This document shows positions 51,963 through 64,000 of a stretch of 64,000 nt of DNA, piece after piece. This stretch comes from Octopus vulgaris (taxonomy: Eukaryota), in NCBI GenBank assembly GCA_951406725.2, contig OX597829.1:54498001-54562000 (forward strand), given 5' to 3'. The position numbers and the translations under genes were made by a program. Each line of letters opens with the position of its first letter. The first letter of the stretch is position 1. The notes under the pieces are model-generated. The model saw only the letters and a list, made by a program, of their open reading frames with translations, had not been told where the DNA came from and did no database searches.

Positions 51963-54251
51963 CTGTGATAGGTAGGAAGACAAAGAAATAGGAACAGATT
52001 AGATGTTGTATATAAATTTATGTACATATATAATCTATAACATTTATATAACTGTCTTGCATAACTGCAATTCATAAAACAATCATCTCATTGTATTGTA
52101 TGCAATATTAAGAATGTGTAAAGGTTACACTTAGTGAATTTCAAGCAGTAATAAAGAAAAACATGCAAATTGAACGAGTTAAATCAAATAAGAATGGATA
52201 AAGGGAAAAACAAGCTCACTAGAAAACATTTCTTTTTATATTTATATATATGAATGTGAAAATATGTGTGGTTAAAGAATAAATAATGTTAAAAGTTACT
52301 AACAATGAAGAGACTCAAAGAGAATATATCTCATTTGAATGAAATTTTAATTTGTCAATACAATGAGTTAACAAAACATTTTAAAGTTTGCACAGACACT
52401 CAAAATATATTAAATATGAATAAATTAGAATACCAATTAATACAAACCAAGATGTAATGTAGATATTTAAATTTATATACTAAAAAAAAAATTCAACTTG
52501 AAAAGATTGAAGAGTTTATCGCTACACATTAGAAAAGATGAATAGTTAAAAACACATACAAATTAACATTTTAATCTTAAAATATAAAAATGTAGTTTAT
52601 ATAAATATCAAATTAGAACTTTATTAAATTGAAATTTAAAATAATTAGTATTGTCAAACTTGAAATGAATCTAAGTATTTAGTTTTAAAATGTAAGAAAA
52701 ACTCAATCATTTGAAACATTTTAAAAAGGATGAAACAAAATATATAAATTTGAATAAATACTAAAGAAAAACAGCTAATGCAAGCTATCTTGTAGTGGAA
52801 TGCTTTCACTGAATTCTACAGTAATGTTCAATTATAAAACATTTTATGCAATGAAATTGAAGTGAAATATATGAGTATATGAAGTACGTACAAAGAACAG
52901 AAAGCAAAAATGAAAGGGACAAAGTGAGAAAATTTCTTGTCAAAATCTAAATTATTAATGGTTTTTATTTAAAAACCTCATAAAAATCCAGAAAACATTT
53001 TACTTATAACATTCAAATACCAAAATCTTATTCCTATGTATTAAAAAAAGAGAAAAAAAAAACAACATTTAATCCAGTTATTTCACACAGGTACACAATA
53101 TATGTAGCCATAAAAATTATGAATTGTGCTGAAATTATTTTTCAAATAAAGGAAAGAATTCAATTCATTAGATGAATAATAAAATTTAAATAATATACAG
53201 AAAACACAAATGTGTAATATATATTTACAATCTACCCCTCTTCAGACATTAACTAAGACCATGATGAAAACAATTTAATCCAAGATCATAGAAACTTAAG
53301 ATTTTAATACAGAAAGATTTTGTGAAGTTGGGATTAATTATCAAAATGAGGAAAAAAAAAACCACATTGTATTGCTAATCAAAATACAAATGGGAATCTT
53401 ATTTGAAAAGCGTAAGAAATTATGGAAATTCTTTTCCATATTATAATATAATAGTTAAATCTATTATTCAAACAGCATTACTATAAACTAAGTTAAAAAT
53501 TAGCATTAAAAATTAATCTTCATACTTTTTATTTTAAGAAACTAACAAAATGGAATCATTGCTACATTCATAACTGTCTCTTTTTGAAGAGTTTTTTGTG
53601 GCTGTTGACCAATTAACCTTAGTACACTTGTCCAAAAATGCCAGTCACTATTCATAGCATAGTAATAATGTTAATGATAATTCAGTCTATAAAATACGTT
53701 CTGGAAATTTATAAATCAGCAAGCAGAGTGATTTCACAAAATAATGCTACTAATTTAACTATGGGTGGTTGTCCAAATGAACTACATACTATATAAATAC
53801 ACAATTGCTCAAGACCAGTTATAGGCCTTTCGTTGTTTCTCCATGGTAATAAAATAATAATAAAAATAAAACAAAATATAAAATTTATCTTCTGTTTTGT
53901 TAGACTGATGAAATTCTTGATCATAATAAAAATATCAATGATATTTTTTATCTTTAATTTGACATGGATGAATACTCTTAAAAGCAGTTTTCAGAGCAAT
54001 GGATTGGCTGAATCTGTAAGATATTGGACGAAATAAGTTGGATTATTTGAATATGGGTCTGTACATTGCACTGTTCAAATCCACCAAGATCATCTTTGCT
54101 TGTCATTGTTCCAAAGATTAGCAAAATAAGTGCAACTCAAGAACTGTGGCTGATTTAATCAACTACACAACTCTCCAAAAGGAGACTTTCTACCTATGTT
54201 AAACATAAGTTTATGGTATCAATTTTTTTCATTAAACATTTGAATACTAAA

Positions 54252-54846
54252 TCTAATATAATAAATGTGAAAACTAATTTCTGTGTGTCAGTGTGTCACA
54301 CTTTGATCCCTTCTCTCGCTATTCAATGTAACTTCTACTGTTGATGGGATTAATAAGAGAAAGAGTAGGTATGTGAGAGAGTTAGGGACTAAACACTGAA
54401 TTCATTTTCTTAGTACCACCACATCTGCCATACACCCACCAGACTTCTGACACCACCACCATCAATAACTGACTTCACCACCATGACCAGTCTTTCACAT
54501 CTTTCACTCTCACTGTCATCCCTGACCATCTCAGCTAGCACCACCACCACCACCACCACAACTACACCTCATACTATTACTATCCCCCCATTACCATCAC
54601 AAAAAGGCTGAAAGGTGTGTGTATGGCAGAGGTGGTGGCCATGGTGGTACTGTTGTTTATCATGCAGCTTTGCAATAAGTTCCAAGTTGACAAATTATAT
54701 CACTGTTTTGATGAAAATTGCTCAAGTTGAATAAAATTTAATATGTACTCAATGCATGAAGCGTCATTGTTGGGCCCAAGTCCCAATGAAGAGCCCTCCA
54801 CAGGAGCCAGCTTAAGAGCCACCCAATAGAGCGGCTTTTAAGCTAG
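54252..54846 (+). mobile_element. Probable non-autonomous Helitron, different family
   Basis: A|TCTAATATAATAAA start, GAGCC...GGCTT subterminal stem, CTAG|T end. Confidence 0.55.
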
Positions 54847-57757
54847 TATCTTCTATATTCAAATATAATCTAGAGAAAAAAGTCATCATCAGGCAACTTG
54901 ACAAAGAAGAACATTTGGGAAATAGCCTTGCCTAAAGGGTATTGACTAGAATTCAATATTTCTCAGTATGAACAAGCAACTAGTTTTAGTCTGGACTGTG
55001 GCCATTACTGGTATAGAACCTTCAAAAATTTTAGTTTAAATCAATACTAATACTTTGCCTTGTACTTATTTTAATGACCTTGGAAAGAGAAATGTAATGT
55101 CATCCTGGAACAGGATTTAAAAATCAGGACAAAGGGGAGTAACTAACTCTCCTCAAGTTATTCTGACTTGCTCTTTGCTAATTCTGCCCACTATAAACTA
55201 CTTAATAAACATATGTAAATAGAAAAAAACATGAAAATATATTAATATTTTATTTACAAACATATTCACACATTTGAATAAATACACACAGGCTCACACA
55301 TACTGAGCATCCAAAAAGACAAACTGCTGCTCACTACTTTTGTACATCTTTTCATTCACAGCTGCAGTTTCAGCTACTTAGTTATATATAATTGTTGGGA
55401 AAAGTTGACAGTTGTCACCTGCTGGCAAAGAATAAACTGCATGAAATGTTTTAAGTTGTGCAATGTTTATGGTAATAAGGCATAAAGCAATGGATGTGAA
55501 AAGATTAATGGAGGGCAGGGAAGGATGAGCTAACAGAGAACATCCAATGAAACACTTTACTTGCATAAAAAAAAAAACTGAGCATACACAGGAGAACTAT
55601 GAAAGCAGACAGACAAGGATTGTTGGCTGTGCTGGTATAGATATATATAATGTGTACAGATGAAATTCTGACATAAATTGACCAAGTGAGAGACAGGGAT
55701 CGATGAAGTCAAATCTAAAGGTTATGTAAGATTTCAAATAGCAGGATTCAGTATTGCAAACAAGTATGATGAAAAGAAAATGTTAAAAACCATCACATTG
55801 TTTCGAACATAACTTAGATGATGCTTATACAGAGTTATGAAGAGTTTGAAATAAACGACCATTTTAAGATGGGCAATTTTGTTGCAATAGAATCAGAGAT
55901 GACCTCAAGCAAGTTGATATCAAAAATGAATGGTTTAACAACCCCAAGATGTTTGAATGTGGAATGAAAATAAGTCATTTTATTTAAAAGACAAATTTGA
56001 AAAAAATCTAAGAAAACAGCATAAATATAACAAAAATTCTAAAATATACCAGAGAATTAAAGACTAATAAATGTAAATAAATAGATTGACTATAAGCTAT
56101 GAAATGGAGGAAACATGGATTTTATGAAATGGCTAGTTGAGTAAATGAAATGATTTATGAGGAACAAAGAGTTGGTTCAGAACATCAGTTATAATTAATA
56201 AGCATTTAGTCCTTACAAATGTTAAAAAACACAGCTTGCCAACACAAAATGTAAAAGTATCAAAATTTGATATAAGTCAGGTAAACAATTTCACTAATAT
56301 TTACTATGGTTACAGATACAATTGTTCACAACAACTGATAAGATTAATGCAGATTAATGCAACAACTTTAAAGTCAGAAAAACAAAGTTAATTATTAAAA
56401 TAAAGACGAGCTAAAAATATAGATCAGACGATATTTACATCCATAAATGTAATAATGTTCACATTATTAGGATTATTCTTTAAAATATATATAATTGGGA
56501 TAATTTGAAAGCCAATTTATGAAACAAGTTTCTGGTTAATTTGCTTCTTAGATTGCTTTTAGACAACATTTTAAAAACATTTCAAAATGAAATGGTTCAC
56601 AGCACCTTCAGCTTATTTTGGCCAAGTGGAGATAAGCAGCTAACATCTCTATAATTGATTTCAGATATGTAACCTCTCTGAGCAAATTTCTTTAGTTGTG
56701 AAAAGAAACCTTTTAATTCCTATTTACTATACCTACCAAGAATTCCCTTAACATTTCTTCCAGGTTACTGCAGTGTAATACACAAGGTGCTTATTTTGTT
56801 TTTATCTTTATATACTTTTGTTCATTCTAACTTGTTTTTACCAATTAAAGATGGCAATTACTTAAAAAAATTTTTTTTTTTAATCACTCGCAGATCCAAG
56901 ATGGTACACTCAAGTAATTTTTAGTATTAGAAACATAAACACGACTGACAATTTATCATGGAATAAGTCACTGAGATATACAACAGGGATCAATGTATGT
57001 GGCAGAAGAGTTTTCAATAAACATGTATATAATGTGCTTCCTCACTAAATGATACAACTCTGAAACCAATCACAGAATATCAAGTTCTTTGTAGAATAGG
57101 TGTATGTCATGGAGAAGTTTATCAACACAGAATTAACAATAATCCTTAACAAGCAACTGGAATCCATAAACTTCCTTTCTCTTAGAAACTATCTTTGATG
57201 CAAATTTTAGCTGTGAAAATGTTATCTAGCAACATTTTGTATAAACAAACTGTATTAGCAGTCAAACTCCTACCATTTTAATAATCTGCACAAAATTATA
57301 AAGAAAGTATATGGTTGTTCTAATAGTGACTCATCTGTTTTCTATCCAGACTCTCAGACTAAAATTATATCTGGGTTTCTATGACACAGGAAGCTGAAAC
57401 TAGGAACCTATTACATTGGTTTTCCAAACTTCTTTCATGTATTGGCATGAGTAGTGTTTTGTTTAGGGAAAAATCATTTAGCCCTATCATCAGCCAATTT
57501 GTCTGAGAAATCTGAGTTATACTCTCGTAGTGAATGTGATCCAACTATTTTTAGTTTGGTTCTAGCTTCACTCAATCGGATTGGGACCCAATATTTCTGG
57601 CATCAAAATATCTTTATCAGCCTTTGTTATTCAGGTCGGTTAAGTACTAAATTAAGTAATTAAGACTTAACTACGTTTGGTGTCAAAATACTGGCAACCA
57701 AACAAGGTATCATACAAAAGACATGGAACCAACCATGCAATAATCTTAGATTGACTT

Positions 57758-57786
57758 TCAATGAGCAAGTAAGCCAAATATGAATG
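57758..57786 (-). CDS. Syb: Candidate synaptobrevin tail exon (A)FIFGLLAH*
   Basis: Long pyrimidine tract ending ctttgtatttag|; read in phase 1 it gives a short hydrophobic tail. Confidence 0.4.
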
Positions 57787-58137
57787 CTAAATACAAAGTT
57801 AAATTGAGAGAGAGAGAGAGAGAGTTGCAAAAGATGGAAAAACAGAAATGAAGATAGTAACATAATATACAGGATTATCATAGAAAGTTGATTAAATTTA
57901 ACATTACTTCCAATTTAGTGTTTTTGAGAGTTGGGATTGAAAACCTGATCCATCTTTAATTAAACAATTAGTATATTATATAAAGCATTTAAAAAGTGAG
58001 TTAATAGACGCATTACAAATTGAGGTATTTCATACACTGGAATTGAGAGAATATTAGAGCAGCACAAAAGAACTGACATCTTCTTTGCAATACAGTGTTA
58101 GAATAGATGGCAGTTCGTAAGACCAACAATAACTTAC

Positions 58138-58189
58138 CAATGATAATGATAATAATCACAAGTACAATGGTAACAAGAATAGCGATCAT
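58138..58189 (-). CDS. Syb: Synaptobrevin alternative transmembrane exon B (MIAILVTIVLVIIIIII + G)
   Basis: ctcttttacag| acceptor and TTG|GTAAGT donor. Same length (52 nt), same phases and same ending (ATC ATT G) as exon A; no charged residues. Confidence 0.9.
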
Positions 58190-58964
58190 CTGTAAAAGAG
58201 AATTTCAAAAAAGCCAAAAGTGCAAATAAATAAAAAAATTATAAGTAAAAAGAGATAACATTGTTTAACCTCTAAAAAGATTGACTTCAACATTATGAAA
58301 AAGTTAAAATTAACTGATGCTCAAAAGCAGCTTAAATGCTTTCTGATTTTTTTTTTTAATTATCTTTTTAAATTTCATCTCAAATTGAGTAGATGAGCCA
58401 TTCTCATGAAATCTTATGATTAGCAATCTAATATAAGAGGTTAAAATTTCGACATAAAAAAAAAAAAAAATTTGGCGTGCAAGTGCAAGATAAAAAATAA
58501 TGACATTCCAGAATATATTTCAAAGAAGAAGGAAAAAGAAAAAAAAAAAAAAAAAGAAAATGAAAGAATGAAAGAAAGATAGCAAATTTGCTTTGCGTGC
58601 TATGGGGAAAAAATCCAAATGCAAATTGTCAAAGTATATAAAATTTGAAATAAAATTTCTAAATTGGCATTCAGTGCTGGAGAAAAGAAAAACACTTTCA
58701 AGATGTTGGTTCAGTAACAATCAGCTTTCATCTGGTTGAAAGATTATTTTTTTTTTTTATTTCATTTTTTACCACTCAACATATTTTCACACAGTAACCC
58801 ATACTTTCTGCTCATTTTATAAAAGATAAAATTTAAAACAAGCAGAAAATTACTGCATATCATACTGAGTGGGTAAAAAAAAAAAAAAAAGTGTAATTTC
58901 CAGGAAGCTGTTGTAAACAAACTCAACAAGAAAGTGATTGATAATCGATGGCACCAGCACTTAC

Positions 58965-59016
58965 CAATGATTACAGTGACAATGGCTGCCACAATCGCAC
59001 CAAGAATTATCATCAT
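58965..59016 (-). CDS. Syb: Synaptobrevin transmembrane exon A (MMIILGAIVAAIVTVII + G)
   Basis: tttcag| acceptor and TTG|GTAAGT donor; 52 nt, phase 0 to 1; typical MMIILG VAMP TMD start. Confidence 0.95.
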
Positions 59017-60679
59017 CTGAAATTATCCAGTAATAAGGCTTCATGATTTATCATACCATGTTCATAAAATAATTCTACCAGGCTGTATACATTCTAAAAT
59101 TTAAACTCCTTAATTATTTAATCGAAAGAAAACAAAGAGAAGAAAGGAAATGGTCATCACATTTCATTTTTATATAAGATATGTGTTATGGATCAAGTAT
59201 CCATAATTGAAGATCTTAACTGTTATCCTGCCAAATTACATACAAAGGCAAATTGAAGATAAGCTTCTTATGTCACAACTCATGGAGACAAAAAAATGAA
59301 GCAGGCACATCTAATTCGAATTTATGTACAATTAAAAACAGAGTTTATTTAAAGCCGCAATCGTAGCCTAATGTAATCTTATGGAAAGTCATGACTGTGG
59401 CTTTTAGCAGGGTAACAGTTAATATTTTAGAATTACAGAGAGTATGAGTCAACATATTTAATTATCTGAACACTATATTTTTTAAAGCTGTTAAAAGACT
59501 ATTCTTACATGTATAAAATAGTGCCAAGAACATTCTACAATGTAAATGAATACATTTTAAAAAAGAAATTTAAATGCTTTAAAAATTTTTTAAATAATGT
59601 TTTGTACATATTTTTTAATCCAGAATAAGATTCCAAAATTAGTTCACAAATTACGAGGATATAAGAAAATTACTTTTACAGCTTTAAAGTCACTTTAACT
59701 TAGTAAAATAATATACAGATATAAATTAACTATATATTTCATCGTTTAACTGCCACTCTCCAAGCAAAGATGCATTGGAAGATTCAATAGGATCCAAAAA
59801 ATCATAGGACCAAGACATGCTCTAATGTCTTTTATTGTGGTTTCCAAGGCTGGATACCCTAACAACCACTTGACAGAGCATACTAGTTGCATTTTCATGC
59901 TACCAAGAAGACTAAAAAAGAACTTAAAGTGGCCCCTAAAACTGAAGGAGACTTTAACAGCATAATAATTTTTAGCAAGGTAATGAAAGACAGTAAAGAA
60001 TGATAAGAGGAACAGTTTTTTAGCAGTGTGGTGGTAGTGGAGGAGCAGGTAGTGGAGGGAAGGAAACGGGGGGGGGGAGGAAGGTCAGGGTCAATGGTTA
60101 GCAAGAAAGGAAAGGATAGAACTGTAAAGGTGATGAGACAGGTTGTGTAGAGGGGGTATTCTGCATTATAAGAGTGAGTATGAATGGTAGGCCTGAGGGG
60201 AAGGGAAGATGAGTGGCAAGAATCCAAGAAGAGATAATAAGAGAGGAGCAAGAGTTGTTGTGGGGGGGGGGGGGGGCTGGTGTGGGAGAGATGGTGTAAA
60301 AGCTGTGGGGAGGGAGAGAGAGAGAGAGTATACAACCACACATTTGAAATGGGTTTAAAATATTCAAAGAGATTAACATTTGACCACTTGATAGTATAGA
60401 ACTTAACAGCAATTAAAAGTTAGACTTTTAAAAACATTTGTTTCATTATATATGAATTCATTAGAAAAATAAATTCCTCAGATTCAATACAATATAGGTC
60501 AAATATTTCCTAGTAATACTTTACTTTTACTTATAAATAAAAATTGTTTTAAGAATACGTCTTTTAGATCAATTAATTTCAATAAGTTTAGGTCTTAGAG
60601 TATATAATTTTATCAAAATTTAATAAAAACAACTACCAAGAGAGAAAGAGTGTGATTTTAACCATAAAACCAAACCTAC

Positions 60680-60759
60680 CTTGCAGTTTTTCCACCAGAA
60701 TTTACGTTTGAGTTTTCCAGCACTTGCTTCAAACTGTGAGGCACCTGCTTGAAGTGCAT
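60680..60759 (-). CDS. Syb: Synaptobrevin exon [27 protein letters not shown]
   Basis: tttttag| acceptor and AAG|GTAGGT donor, 80 nt; canonical juxtamembrane WWKN motif. Confidence 0.98.
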
Positions 60760-62751
60760 CTAAAAAGAAATTTTTTTTTTTTATGTTAAAAGATAGCCTA
60801 AAGTGCTATAAGACAAAATATTACAAACCATTTAAAACAAAATTAGGAAGTTTACTTCATGTCTAGGGATATTTTACAAGTCAAGAAAAAACTATGCAAC
60901 AAGATGGTGTAATAGTTTTTAAGAAAAGATGCTTTTACATTCGTCAGCTGTATTTGTTACAATTTCCAAACAAATGAAATGGAAAAAATGTAATAGCCAA
61001 GAGAGAGCCTGTCAAATAACTTCATTAAAAAGAATCATCAACCCAAGTTTATTCAAGTATTCTTTTCTGTCAGTTTCTGCACAACAACAGTTTACCAGTA
61101 TGTCACACCCAAAACATTGAAATTACAGCTTTTTTAATGACCTATTTAATAACGTTCTCTCAATTCCTCATTTTAATTTGTACTATAGGAAAATGTTGAT
61201 AGCTTTCACAGATCAACTGAGATTGGCAGGATTGTAATTATATGCTTAGTACAAACAATTGCAAAAGAAACAGGAGGAAATTCTTGAGGATTGATATTCA
61301 GGAGAGAAATAGGCAAGTTAAAAGTTCAGGTTGGGTGATGAAAAGCAGTATGAGTGATAATAAATTGATTCATTGGGTTAAGCAAGATTCAGAAAGGATA
61401 TAGAACGTGTATCAATCGGAAACATAAATAGGGAAGTTCCACCCACACGTAAGAAAACTTTTCATATACCCTACACCAACAAACCAAACTACATCTCTTC
61501 TCTTCCTTACATTTCCTCCTTCATACCCTATGCCTATCTCTCATTCCCCAATCCTGTCCGCATGGTACTGTTTCTCTGTAGCAAGCCCCCTCCTACTCTA
61601 TATACCCAGGTTTTCACCTCACACTTCCTCTCCCCCCTCTAATCACACTTCTTTGGCGATATCCTGCCACTTATATTAAGACCTTCAAACCTCAAAGGTA
61701 TGCCCTGGCACTTGCCACCATCCATATCTCTCTCTTCCTTTACTTGACCATCCCATTTATATTCTGATCCATGTCCATTGGGAGTATGCCCAGCACTTTC
61801 CCCACTCTGTCTCCTTCATTTTCATCAGGTTAGATAACCATGTATCTCCTTTGTGGCAGCACACCTGTTTCTGTCTTCATTCCTGATCTCTCCCTCTCTC
61901 CGGCTGGGCAACCTTGTACCTCCTCTACAGCAAAACACATTTCTGACTCACTATAAGCTTTCATCATCACCTCTTTCAATGCCCCCTCCCCTCCTAAAAG
62001 ATCTTTGTCTTGCAGGTTACATGGTGACCCTATCAGTGCAGGTGCTACTTAAAATGCATCCAGCTGTAAAACCCTTGTCAAAGCTGACCTGACTTGTGCT
62101 TGTGCCATGTAAAAAGCACTAAGTCCACTCTGCTGAGTGGTTGGTGTTAGGAAAGGCATCCAGCTGTAAAAATGCTGCCAAAACATTCACAGAAGTCTGG
62201 TACAGGATGCTGCTTGGCCGGCTCCTGTCAAACTGTCCTACCCTTGCCAGCATGGAAGGCAGATGTTAAACGATGATGAAAATATAATTTTGTAGAAAGT
62301 TCAGAGCAACAGAGTGAAAAGAAGACAAGAGCTAAGAGATGTGAACACTGAAGTCACCAGGACAGAAGTACATTGAACGAAAGTAACTGGAAATTTTTGA
62401 TGCTGCTATCCAGATGAGAGAGAGAGTGACTGCGCCATCTTTCAGAGTAAAGTTGAATTAGTGACAGTAAAGATTAGCTAGAGACATCAGGTGAGAAATT
62501 TGTCTTGAGTGCGAGTTACTTACATGTTAATATCAGATGAACAGGTAGATACACTATTACTGACAGAATACATTGATTAAATTACACTATTTTTTAACAA
62601 TACACCAAACAGAATTCTCAAGCCTGACAAAAACATTTTCAGTTTCATTTTATTAGATTCCAAATTAGCCAGTCGTTTAGATGAGGATTTAGATAAATTC
62701 AAAATTTATATTTGCATGTCATGTAAGAAATGAAGTTTTAATAAAACTAAC

Positions 62752-62830
62752 CTGCTCTGTCATCCAGTTCAGAGATTTTAGAATCTCTTTCCAAAACTTT
62801 ATCAACATTCACGCGCATAATATCTACAAC
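62752..62830 (-). CDS. Syb: Synaptobrevin exon [26 protein letters not shown] (R-SNARE zero-layer Arg)
   Basis: ttttctacag| acceptor and CAG|GTTAGT donor, 79 nt; phases match both neighbours. Confidence 0.98.
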
Positions 62831-63075
62831 CTGTAGAAAAAGAAATATATATATATATATATAAATATATAAAATGCAACAGCATTAGTAATTTATGCTT
62901 CAAATAACCATTTTCATTACTTTATGAAAAATATTTTAAGCTGGTAAAAGAAATTTTTAAGAAAACTGTATGAAAAAAATGAAAGTAAAGATAGTCTTAC
63001 ACAAAAAATTTGAAGGACTCACTTTGCAAAAATTAAGATTGAATAATAAAGCATGAACAGAATTTTATGAATTAC

Positions 63076-63181
63076 CTCTTCAACTTGAGCCTGTGTTTGT
63101 TGCAACCGTTTACTTTGCTGGACAGGCTGAGGAGGGCCTTGTGGTGGGCCGGGAGGGCCACCAGGCTGTGGTGGGCCTGAC
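63076..63181 (-). CDS. Syb: Synaptobrevin/VAMP exon: Pro/Gly-rich N-terminus and start of the SNARE motif (SGPPQPGGPPGPPQGPPQPVQQSKRLQQTQAQVEE)
   Basis: tttctttag|G acceptor and GAG|GTAATT donor, 106 nt. RLQQTQAQV is the synaptobrevin signature. The exon starts in phase 2, so the start codon lies outside the window. Confidence 0.97.
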
Positions 63182-63803
63182 CTAAAGAAATATATTAGAC
63201 AATAAATTAACACTTTGCTTTTGAAATGAATTTAATCCAAATAAGTTTCATAATTTAGACATCTTACTTTAAAAGGAATCTAATACAAAAACTAACTGAA
63301 AGCAATCTGACAAATTTAGTTGATAACTATATTTTAAAGGAATAAAATAATTATCTCCGTAATCAATAATTTATTTTGATTATTCAAAACAAACTTTAAT
63401 TAGCAAACAAACTTACAAAGCTAAAAAACTTCATGCTTAATACTTAAACAAGATTGGATTAATCATACTGTACATCCCCACAAAAAATGATAAAACAATT
63501 TTTTGGCAAGATATATCAAAAAGACAAGCATGACTTAATTTTTAGCAATGAAAAAAGAAGTAAATTCAATGTATTTTTTTAAGACAATAAAATTATCTCA
63601 AATGAAGATATTACACTAAACTAGAAACATTTCAACAACCTTATGGAAATCAAGAAGATTTGCTACCTTATAACTGCTATAGAGAAATTGTTTCTGGAAA
63701 TCAACTTAAAGAGATTTTCATAAATATAAGATAAAAGAATTACAAAAAAGAAAAAATTATATAAAATCAAGATAGAAAGAGTACACACACTTGTGTGTGT
63801 GTG

Positions 63804-63834
<31 letters not shown>

Positions 63835-64000
63835 CCACACACACACACACACATCTTTGGGATGTTGTATAATGTGTCCAACAGAACAGTACATAAAATT
63901 TCAAGCATTTATACATGCAGCATCTGTACAATATAAGCACAGAAAACTAAAAAAACTGAAAGAGATAGTTCTATAGAGTGCAGTATAAACACAAAAATTA

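Noticed and set aside
55378-55436. Extra tail exon (V)YSLPAGDNCQLFPTIIYN*
   Set aside because: Poor pyrimidine tract before the AG. Similar weak cases near 54023 (DSANPLL*) and 58599 (ARKANLL...) cannot be told from chance.
58762-58964. Extension of ORF 58762..59016 beyond the TMD
   Set aside because: Intronic read-through after a consensus GTAAGT donor.

Overview
AT-rich animal genomic DNA, very likely octopus (coleoid cephalopod), judged from a synaptobrevin close to the squid protein as I recall it and from the SINE/LINE/MITE content. Two host genes lie on the minus strand. (1) At the left end is the first coding exon of spermidine synthase (872-999). A CpG-rich block at about 9-14 kb holds its probable promoter and candidate 5' leader exons, which carry overlapping uORFs. 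(2) At the right end is synaptobrevin/VAMP (63181 down to about 38240; start codon outside the window). The most striking feature is its modular C-terminus: two paralogous 52-nt transmembrane exons (apparently mutually exclusive), then at least three phase-1 tail exons over about 10 kb (V-WVFA*, V-WVANKYG*, V-WQVNENK*) plus weaker candidates, and a ~3.7 kb 3'UTR. The 14-38 kb interval is nested transposon debris (tRNA-derived SINEs, RTE/CR1/R4-Dong LINE fragments, Tc1/mariner, piggyBac- and pogo-type MITEs, Helitrons, foldbacks). Most ORFs in the supplied track are spurious. All exon models come from splice signals and translation by eye, with no transcript data. Repeat boundaries are approximate unless termini are quoted.
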